This document shows positions 55,212-62,205 of a stretch of DNA of 64,000 nucleotides, piece after piece. The first letter of the stretch is position 1, and each line of letters starts with the position of its first letter. The stretch comes from a virus: the IMG/VR virus record IMGVR_UViG_3300045988_136773. One strand, 5' to 3'. A program made the position numbers and the translations under genes. The notes under the pieces are model-generated. The model searched no databases, was not told where the DNA came from, and was given only the letters and a program-made list of their open reading frames with translations.

Positions 55212-55997
55212 ATGAAAAGATATATCAAAAGTGGAATCCAATTTGATTCTGACAATCAACAATATACATTTGACTTTACAATTGATTTACCAGACGATAT
55301 CATAGACATTGTACCACCAAAGCTATACAGATCATCTATAAGAAATAGTGTTTACTGGTTTGGTTATCTATTCAAAGACACTGCATCTTCAAAACAGAGA
55401 AGTGACTTCATTCATGCTATTAAGGGGATTGGTAATTCTAAAATTGCAGATCATGAATTAAGACAGTTCATAGAATTACCTCTCGGAGAGCTGGATAAGC
55501 AATTTGGAATGTATAACATAGATTGTCTTGTGTACCCAGTATCTAACCGGAGTAAGCTAGTGAACAAAATCATTTCTGTTATCAATTCTTATACATCACA
55601 TGATAAGCATTCTGCAAGCTACCAATTGGTGAAATCTATTCCAACAAAAATTGAATTTGACTGGGAATCATTTGAAATTGATAATGGATATGACACTAAC
55701 AAATACAATCAGATGAAGAAGTATGTAGAAACAACATTACTGCCAGCAATTCATGAACTTGATTATTTTTCACTAGCAGCAAATGTAAAACCGAAGTACA
55801 GAAAGTACATCAAAGATTACCTTGGGTTCATTTCTCAAGATCAGCTGGATAGTTATGCTAGTGCACAGGGACAAAATATTCTTGTTGTAGATGACATTAA
55901 CACGTCCGGTTCTACCCTGGATGAAATTCTTAGAGTTTTGAATAGAGTGAATCGAAATGCAAATATTTTTGTGTTTACGCTAATTGGTAATATGTGA
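55212..55997 (+). CDS. type I phosphoribosyltransferase-like protein (MKRYIK leader)
   Basis: The PRPP-binding loop 'ILVVDDINTSGSTLDEI' lies about 35 aa from the C-terminus (ComF/PRTase-like layout). No N-terminal zinc finger. Confidence 0.6.
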   Translation: MKRYIKSGIQFDSDNQQYTFDFTIDLPDDIIDIVPPKLYRSSIRNSVYWFGYLFKDTASSKQRSDFIHAIKGIGNSKIADHELRQFIELPLGELDKQFGMYNIDCLVYPVSNRSKLVNKIISVINSYTSHDKHSASYQLVKSIPTKIEFDWESFEIDNGYDTNKYNQMKKYVETTLLPAIHELDYFSLAANVKPKYRKYIKDYLGFISQDQLDSYASAQGQNILVVDDINTSGSTLDEILRVLNRVNRNANIFVFTLIGNM

Positions 55998-56009
55998 AGG
56001 AGATATAGT

Positions 56010-56663
56010 ATGAAGATCTATGTTAAATCGTCTGAATCGATTCTTGCATCTAGTTTCAATCGTGCAAGAGCCCATATGAACAGAGAACTGTGTGCATTCA
56101 TTACAGCGTTTCGGGATTCTGATGAATCTGGAAATCCATATTCACTGAAAGAAAAACGACAGAGAAACAAAGAGTTAGAAAGAGAAATTAAGTCATCTGG
56201 TCTAACATATGTCAAAGCAAAAGGCGGATTTATTGAGAATGCCGGGACCACCAATGCTGTGAGAGTCGAAGAGGAGACATTCTGTGTTATTAACAATAGA
56301 TACGCTCCAAATGATTTTATAAAACTTGCGATTCACTGGTGTGGTATGTTTGACCAGGATGCTGTACTGGTCACAGAACCAAATCCAATTCGCAGATCTG
56401 ATGGTCATCCAGATGCAGGAAAGCCGATCGATATCATTGGACGGTATTATGACAAGCATGGTAATGTAGAGATGGAATTTCATAATGCGTCAGTGAAAGA
56501 TGCAGAAGAATTCTTTACTAATCTATACGGTAAAGACTTTGTACTATCATCTACGGATATTCATGCTACAGAAAGCCGTCAAATTTACAGTGTTAGCGGA
56601 AGAGTAATGGCTGCACGAGATTTCAAATGCAAATACCCTGAACTAGTAGATATCGAGGAATAG
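56010..56663 (+). CDS. hypothetical protein (MKIYVK...ILAS leader)
   Basis: 217 aa, RBS GAAGGAGA. Confidence 0.55.
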   Translation: MKIYVKSSESILASSFNRARAHMNRELCAFITAFRDSDESGNPYSLKEKRQRNKELEREIKSSGLTYVKAKGGFIENAGTTNAVRVEEETFCVINNRYAPNDFIKLAIHWCGMFDQDAVLVTEPNPIRRSDGHPDAGKPIDIIGRYYDKHGNVEMEFHNASVKDAEEFFTNLYGKDFVLSSTDIHATESRQIYSVSGRVMAARDFKCKYPELVDIEE

Positions 56664-56667
56664 TATT

Positions 56668-57090
56668 GTGAAACGATATATTAAATGCTCTGTAGAAACA
56701 CCAAGAGCAGGAATCTTTTGGATTATTGACAATCAGATTGTGTCTGTTTACGACGAAGTTAACACTTCTTATAATCCACTGGAGCAGGATGACCTGCTCC
56801 ACAAAGAAATCTGGAACATGCTAAAGCATAATTACAAGTGCAATAACAAAGTAGTTCCTTATGATTTTTACCCAAGAGGTCGGGTGATGATATACCCTGT
56901 AAGGAACAGTTCCGGTGAATTTCAATACTATGATTGTTTGATTTACGGAGATTCTTGTATCTTGAATAATTCAGATTTACGAGATACAATTATTGATGAA
57001 TTTCGACTATATTTGAAATCATGTGAGGTTTCGTTTGAGGGAAAGTTCTCTGTGGACGGCACACACTATACTTGTCATAATTGTAGATGA
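56668..57090 (+). CDS. hypothetical protein, FWI-D / YPRGRV family paralog 1 (MKRYIK leader)
   Basis: 140 aa, GTG start. 'GIFWIIDNQIV', 'HKEIWNML' and 'YDFYPRGRVMIYP', ending in 'YTCHNC'. Confidence 0.55.
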   Translation: MKRYIKCSVETPRAGIFWIIDNQIVSVYDEVNTSYNPLEQDDLLHKEIWNMLKHNYKCNNKVVPYDFYPRGRVMIYPVRNSSGEFQYYDCLIYGDSCILNNSDLRDTIIDEFRLYLKSCEVSFEGKFSVDGTHYTCHNCR

Positions 57091-57117
57091 CAAGTGTCAA
57101 TTGAAGGTGGTGGTTCT

Positions 57118-57486
57118 ATGAAAATTACAGCTATGTCAAAAGAACTGTCAAGAGGTGTGTTTTGGATTGTAGATGACAAAATCTTAGCATTTCCATTCAT
57201 GAATGACGGAATCGGTGTGGCTAAATCTGGTAATACATATAATCACAAACGCCTCTGGAATGATATAAAACCACGAGGTTGCAATAAGTCATACAACTAC
57301 TACCCAAGAGGGCGTGTTGATATTTCAAATAAAAGTAAAGCAATCATTTACATGAACCCTGATATTTCAGATGATTGGATTCCATACATTCGTCAGGAAT
57401 TTGGGATTCATGAAATACCTGTGATTCGATACGATTACAGTCAGCATTACAAATGTTACTTAGATGACGGATGGGTTCCAGACTGA
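57118..57486 (+). CDS. hypothetical protein, FWI-D / YPRGRV family paralog 2
   Basis: ATG 57118 follows GAAGGTGGTGG. 'GVFWIVDDKIL', 'HKRLWNDI' and 'YNYYPRGRVDIS'. Confidence 0.55.
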   Translation: MKITAMSKELSRGVFWIVDDKILAFPFMNDGIGVAKSGNTYNHKRLWNDIKPRGCNKSYNYYPRGRVDISNKSKAIIYMNPDISDDWIPYIRQEFGIHEIPVIRYDYSQHYKCYLDDGWVPD

Positions 57487-57511
57487 CAAGTAACCAAAAA
57501 CCAATCGTTAT

Positions 57512-57551
57512 ATACCATGTAGGCAGTTAATGCTTACATGGTATTTTTTTG
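57512..57551 (+). terminator. rho-independent terminator
   Basis: ATACCATGTA / TACATGGTAT 10-bp stem with a 13-nt loop, then a T7 run. Its left arm abuts a CAATCGTTATA motif. Confidence 0.8.
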
Positions 57552-57568
57552 TTTTCAGGAGGTATAGT

Positions 57569-57793
57569 ATGACTACACATAAGCGGTCAACTGGTTATGG
57601 AGCTTGCATGTTTTGTCATAAACAAATATGGTTTGAGAGAAACGTAGTTAATAAGACTGTTGTATTTGAAGCTACGAGTTGCGGATCTCGATGCCAAGTG
57701 ATAGTGAGTTATACAATGCACAAACGATGTGCTGCAACCAGATGGCTTGATTTCCTTAATGAACATCCGGAGGTGCGTGAGATTGGCAATTAA
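57569..57793 (+). CDS. small Cys-rich protein
   Basis: ATG 57569 follows CAGGAGGT. 74 aa. Contains 'CMFCHK' and 'SCGSRC'. Confidence 0.5.
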   Translation: MTTHKRSTGYGACMFCHKQIWFERNVVNKTVVFEATSCGSRCQVIVSYTMHKRCAATRWLDFLNEHPEVREIGN

Positions 57794-58001
57794 ATCAGAT
57801 TATCACTATTATCCAAAGGTGCACCGATTGCTTATTCTTAAAGATAAATCAACAAAAGAGGATGCAATTGAAACTGCTGTAACATTCTTCAAATCTGGTG
57901 TTGAACTTCGAGAGGATGAAACTTCCTATATGTTCAAACCAGCGTCAGAATCAGATATATGCAAATATTTCTTTATGGAGGATGATAAGTATGCTGAATA
58001 A
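57783..58001 (+). CDS. hypothetical small protein
   Basis: The likely start is TTG 57783, 9 nt after GGAGG. About 72 aa. It overlaps both neighbouring genes. Confidence 0.4.
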   Translation: MAIKSDYHYYPKVHRLLILKDKSTKEDAIETAVTFFKSGVELREDETSYMFKPASESDICKYFFMEDDKYAE

Positions 58002-59589
58002 AGAACAACAGCATGTGGTTGATTCAAATGCAAAACAGATATTAGTACTTGCCGGAGCAGGTACTGGAAAGACAACAGTACTTATATCAAGAGTAGCACG
58101 GCTTGTAGCATCAGGCGTAAAGCCGACAAGTATATTAGGACTTACCTTTACAAATGCAGCTGCATCTGAAATGCGTGAACGATACAAGCGAATATGCAAA
58201 ACTACAGATACTCCGATGTTCTGCACATTTCATGCGTTTTGCTACTCTTTGATTATCCAGGATACTGCCGTAAGAAATGCAATTGGATATAAGGGTATTC
58301 CAGATATTGCGAAAGATGCTGATTTGAAACGCATTGAGATGTCAGTGAAAGCACAGTGTGGAGTGAAATTGTCACATGACGCACTTATGCGAAATACGGA
58401 ACCAGCATCTCTTAAAGGTGCGATGCAGTATCGTGTTTTCCGAAAACAGTATGAAAAGAAGCTAAAGCAAGAAAACCTAATCACATTTGACATTATGTGC
58501 TACGAAGTTGGTAAGCTGTTTGTAGACAATATACCATGTATCCGTCAGTATAAAGATACGTACAAATACATTTTTGTCGATGAATTTCAGGATACAGATC
58601 AGAAACAGTGGGACTTTGTAAGTTCCTTTGCAGATGCAAACCTGCTCGTGGTAGGAGATGCAAAACAGAACCTATACAGTTTCAGAGGAAGTACAAGTGC
58701 TATCATAAAGCAGCTATCTCAGGATAGTAATTGGGAAACAATTAAGTTAAGTCAAAACTACAGATCTACTTCTCAGATCTGTGACTTTTCAAATAAGATA
58801 CATAATTGGGGAGACTCTCCATACAATCTTGTAATTCATAGTGATAGACCTGGATGTGATGTTGTAATGTATCATAGATCATATGATGGTGGCATTCTGA
58901 CAGACAAAGAATTGAAAGTGATTCAAGATTCTATTCATGCTGGAGAAACAGCAGCAGTTCTGTGTAGGTCCAATGCAGAAGTGAAAAATGTAATCAATTC
59001 GTTTGAATTGAATCAAATCCCATATATCACAAAGCAGGTAGATAAGATGTCCGATAAAGAACATATCCTGCTCAGTGCAATTCGTTCAGAACATCTGATT
59101 CCATGGTTGTCTGGAAATCTTACAGCATCAGAGTATACAGAATACATCCGTATGTGTACTTTAATCCCGAAGTATAGAGATGATGAGATGAAGTTTTCAG
59201 AGGTGTATTATAAAAGATTTTCTGAGGAGTTTGACACTATATATGCTATCCGGAAAATCTTAAACTCTGAATGTTTTACAAATGGAAAGGTAATTGCAAT
59301 CTGCAACATTTTGAAAATTCGCACTCCAAAGGATGTTGCACTGGAGCAGGTAAACCACGATGAAGTTATTCTGAAATGTATTGAATATCTAAAATCCAGT
59401 ACAGCACAGGTAAAAGCACCGATCTATATCGGGACCATTCATTCGGTAAAGGGACTAGAGTATGATGTAGTACACCTACTCGGAGTAGGTTCAAAATCAT
59501 TTAATTTGAAAGACGAAGAACAACATAATATTTACTATGTAGGCTGCACAAGAGCAAAGAGTAAACTGTATGTGTGGAAATCAATATAA
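57991..59589 (+). CDS. UvrD/PcrA/Rep-family (SF1) DNA helicase
   Basis: 'LAGAGTGKTT' (Walker A), 'IFVDEFQDTD' (motif II), 'NYRS', 'IGTIHSVKGLEYDVV' and 'YVGCTRAK' (motif VI). ATG 57991 follows GGAGGATGA. Confidence 0.9.
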   Translation: MLNKEQQHVVDSNAKQILVLAGAGTGKTTVLISRVARLVASGVKPTSILGLTFTNAAASEMRERYKRICKTTDTPMFCTFHAFCYSLIIQDTAVRNAIGYKGIPDIAKDADLKRIEMSVKAQCGVKLSHDALMRNTEPASLKGAMQYRVFRKQYEKKLKQENLITFDIMCYEVGKLFVDNIPCIRQYKDTYKYIFVDEFQDTDQKQWDFVSSFADANLLVVGDAKQNLYSFRGSTSAIIKQLSQDSNWETIKLSQNYRSTSQICDFSNKIHNWGDSPYNLVIHSDRPGCDVVMYHRSYDGGILTDKELKVIQDSIHAGETAAVLCRSNAEVKNVINSFELNQIPYITKQVDKMSDKEHILLSAIRSEHLIPWLSGNLTASEYTEYIRMCTLIPKYRDDEMKFSEVYYKRFSEEFDTIYAIRKILNSECFTNGKVIAICNILKIRTPKDVALEQVNHDEVILKCIEYLKSSTAQVKAPIYIGTIHSVKGLEYDVVHLLGVGSKSFNLKDEEQHNIYYVGCTRAKSKLYVWKSI

Positions 59590-59609
59590 TAAAAAGGAAT
59601 GTAAATCAT

Positions 59610-59894
59610 ATGAAAGAAGCTAAACATATTTACCGAATCGAGTATAGGGATGCTGTATACGTTGAAGCTACTAGTAAGGAAGATGCAGTGTCTCAATTGG
59701 TTGCTAGTGCAGTTAATGATACTCTGCATGCGTCACAATGTCCAGAAATCGTATGCGTTAAAGATTACACAGATATGTGCAATACAAACGCTATCATTGT
59801 ACATGGTGGTACTAATCAATTTTGGAGTCACAGTACAGATGAAAATATAACGCCAGTATCCACAACACTACTAGGAGGACAAAATCATGAATGA
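59610..59894 (+). CDS. hypothetical protein
   Basis: ATG 59610 follows AAAGGAATG. About 94 aa. Confidence 0.45.
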   Translation: MKEAKHIYRIEYRDAVYVEATSKEDAVSQLVASAVNDTLHASQCPEIVCVKDYTDMCNTNAIIVHGGTNQFWSHSTDENITPVSTTLLGGQNHE

Positions 59895-60285
59895 TGAAGA
59901 GAAAGATTTCGATATTGCAACCCACTGCGGCTTGTTAATCGATACTAAAACTAGACGTGTAGTATCATTGTGCGGAACTATAGCAGATACATATCCGGTT
60001 GTTTACGTTTTACCGGATGTGGACACAAACGATGTCTATCTGTCAGATGATTCAAACTTAATCAAGTATGACAAGTATTGGTTTGATGATCATCTAGGTG
60101 AAGAAGCAGATAGTGAATCTACAAAAGATCTTGTATTTCAGATTCCACTATCAAGATTGAATGCTCTAAGGCACGAGTTGCATTCTCTGTCATCCAGTAT
60201 TAATCTAATTGGGGATTCTATGATAGATACCGAACTGGCTTTTAGAGCATTCTGTGCTGCACTTACTGATGTTCCAAAACAATAA
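59887..60285 (+). CDS. hypothetical protein
   Basis: 132 aa, RBS AGGAGGA. It overlaps the upstream stop. Confidence 0.55.
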   Translation: MNDEEKDFDIATHCGLLIDTKTRRVVSLCGTIADTYPVVYVLPDVDTNDVYLSDDSNLIKYDKYWFDDHLGEEADSESTKDLVFQIPLSRLNALRHELHSLSSSINLIGDSMIDTELAFRAFCAALTDVPKQ

Positions 60286-60298
60286 AGGATATACATAT

Positions 60299-60535
60299 AT
60301 GATTACCCCAAAGTCTGAATCAAAATACAAGATATTCGATGTGTTCAAGATGGATATGTCAATTGGATTCAATGATCCACCTAAATATGAATTCATGCAG
60401 ATACTAGGAATTGATTACCTTAGTCCAACACGAGGTTACTGGTATCATTGTAAGATTGCAGATAAAGTATATAGCATGTCAGAACTTGAAATAACCCATG
60501 CAATTGTAGAAGGGAGATGTCACTATGCGACATAA
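60299..60535 (+). CDS. hypothetical protein
   Basis: ATG 60299 follows AAAGGAT. About 78 aa. Confidence 0.45.
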   Translation: MITPKSESKYKIFDVFKMDMSIGFNDPPKYEFMQILGIDYLSPTRGYWYHCKIADKVYSMSELEITHAIVEGRCHYAT

Positions 60536-60764
60536 AGTAGACAAAGAACACATATTAAGTCTGTGCGAACCTGGAGACTACGGGATTTTTGCACCACCTA
60601 TGAAAGCCCAAGTTGCACTAAATGAATTGTGCAGATATCTTTTAGGCGATGATTGGTATGATACATCAGGTACATCTTGTCAAGAGCAGGTCAATACCGC
60701 GATTGTATATGAAATTGAAAGCCACTATAAAAGAAAGCCTTGGTTATACTGGGGCTACTTCTAA
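60525..60764 (+). CDS. hypothetical protein
   Basis: 79 aa, RBS GAAGGGAG. Confidence 0.5.
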   Translation: MRHKVDKEHILSLCEPGDYGIFAPPMKAQVALNELCRYLLGDDWYDTSGTSCQEQVNTAIVYEIESHYKRKPWLYWGYF

Positions 60765-60785
60765 AAACTTTAGGAGGTACAAACA

Positions 60786-61061
60786 GTGACAGTTGAAATG
60801 TTTTTGAAGCAATATGTTCTGGATGGATATATTCGTTTATTTGGATATGTAGATGACGGATGGGAATTACTCAGTGACGGACATATAGATGCTGATGCAG
60901 AACTTGATTATTCTGAGGAAAACACTGTAACAAAGGATGCGATATTATATGGTGGTAGAATGCGGAAATACCTCAGTTGCGATGTCATCAGGTTGTATCA
61001 GCCAGGTCCAGAAGCAATTAGCATTTGTATTGATGTACGTCAAGCATTACAGCAATTCTAG
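60786..61061 (+). CDS. hypothetical protein
   Basis: 91 aa, GTG start after TAGGAGGT. Confidence 0.5.
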   Translation: MTVEMFLKQYVLDGYIRLFGYVDDGWELLSDGHIDADAELDYSEENTVTKDAILYGGRMRKYLSCDVIRLYQPGPEAISICIDVRQALQQF

Positions 61062-61142
61062 CCATGATTTGATATATAACTAGCAACTTGTAAATAGATA
61101 GTCATCTATCAGTCATACAAGTTAGTAAAAATCAATCGTTAT

Positions 61143-61183
61143 AGATAGTAGGGATGATTCAAAGTCATTCCTACTATCTTTTA
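61143..61183 (+). terminator. stem-loop / probable terminator
   Basis: AGATAGTAGG(GATGA) / (TCATT)CCTACTATCT forms a 15-bp stem, followed by TTTTAT. It directly follows a CAATCGTTATA motif. Confidence 0.6.
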
Positions 61184-61201
61184 TATATGGAGGTTGTACT
61201 A

Positions 61202-61519
61202 ATGGCAAGACTTAAAGACTTAAAGAGAATGTGTAAAGCTTATGACGCTTGTATTTATTGCCCAATGAGTGAAGCAGGTTGCTCTTCGCCTAATAAGTTC
61301 TATGACAACGCTGACGAACTTGTTGACAAGTGGGTATCAGAGCATCCTGTAAAGACATATGCTATGGACCTCTTCGAGAAGTTTCCGAAAGCTCCAAAAG
61401 ATGCGTCTGGATATCCATTGCTATGTATTAGGTTAATATATTCTGAATTTTTAGACAAGCCTTGTTTAGGATGCAAGTGCACAGATTGTTGGAATCAACT
61501 TATTCCTGAAGATAAATGA
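61202..61519 (+). CDS. Cys-rich small protein, tandem paralog 1
   Basis: 'LKDLKRMC...C..C...C...KTYAMDLFEKFPKAP...C...C.GC.C..CW'. ATG 61202 follows TGGAGGT. Confidence 0.6.
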   Translation: MARLKDLKRMCKAYDACIYCPMSEAGCSSPNKFYDNADELVDKWVSEHPVKTYAMDLFEKFPKAPKDASGYPLLCIRLIYSEFLDKPCLGCKCTDCWNQLIPEDK

Positions 61520-61544
61520 TTTGAATTAGAAAGGATAAGTACAA

Positions 61545-61868
61545 ATGAGTAGTATCAAGGACTTAAAGCGTATGTGCAATACCATTGAATGCTTTAAATG
61601 TGATTTACTAGAATGGTGTGAAGAAGATGGCAGAATATCTGAATTACCAGATAACGTAGATAGCATTGTATATAGATGGGTAAAAACACATCCGCTTAAA
61701 ACATATAAAGATGATTTCTTTGAAAAATTTCCAGACGCACCAAAAACCGAAAATGGTATACCTCAAGTGTGCCCAGCTAATGTATATCCCAATATTGACT
61801 TTGATGAATTTCATCTTAATGGCGATTGCATTAAATGTTGGGATCAGTATATGCCAGAAGATAGCTAA
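61545..61868 (+). CDS. Cys-rich small protein, tandem paralog 2
   Basis: 'SSIKDLKRMC..C..C...WC...KTYKDDFFEKFPDAP...C...C..CW'. Confidence 0.6.
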   Translation: MSSIKDLKRMCNTIECFKCDLLEWCEEDGRISELPDNVDSIVYRWVKTHPLKTYKDDFFEKFPDAPKTENGIPQVCPANVYPNIDFDEFHLNGDCIKCWDQYMPEDS

Positions 61869-61893
61869 GTTGTATTAGAGAGGATGTGTGTAA

Positions 61894-62205
61894 ATGAGTA
61901 GTATCAAAGATTTAAAGTCTATGTGTGCTAATACACCATGTCGTGATTGCAGGCTTCTGTCGTGGTGTGAAAGCCGTGATAGAATCTCTGAACTTCCTGA
62001 TGATACGAATGAAATTGTAGATGCGTATGTAAGCAATTACCACCAAAAGACTTATACTATGGATTTCTTTGAAAAGTTCCCAAATGCAAGGACATATAAA
62101 GGAATTCCAACGATTTGCCTCCGTGACATTCACCCAGAATTAGTAGATAAATGTTATGGGGAAAATTGCTTAGAGTGCTGGAACAGGGAGATTCAAGAAC
62201 AATGA
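61894..62205 (+). CDS. Cys-rich small protein, tandem paralog 3
   Basis: 'SSIKDLKSMC..PC..C...WC...KTYTMDFFEKFPNA...C...C..C..CW'. Confidence 0.6.
   Translation: MSSIKDLKSMCANTPCRDCRLLSWCESRDRISELPDDTNEIVDAYVSNYHQKTYTMDFFEKFPNARTYKGIPTICLRDIHPELVDKCYGENCLECWNREIQEQ

Larger units (their letters stand above)
34740..60690. repeat. domain containing about 34 dispersed copies of the 7-mer CCTGCTC / GAGCAGG
   Basis: Counted by eye on both strands (coordinates are listed in the findings). Only one copy was seen outside this domain (26986). Confidence 0.7.

Noticed and set aside
34740-60690. CCTGCTC/GAGCAGG as a classical orientation-dependent Chi site or as FtsK/KOPS-like polar sequence.
   Set aside because: The two orientations (18 versus 17) are interleaved along the region with no switch of polarity. 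A strictly polar function is not supported, although a non-polar protective role is not excluded. I also could not match it to a restriction-enzyme site I know, and restriction sites are normally depleted, not enriched.
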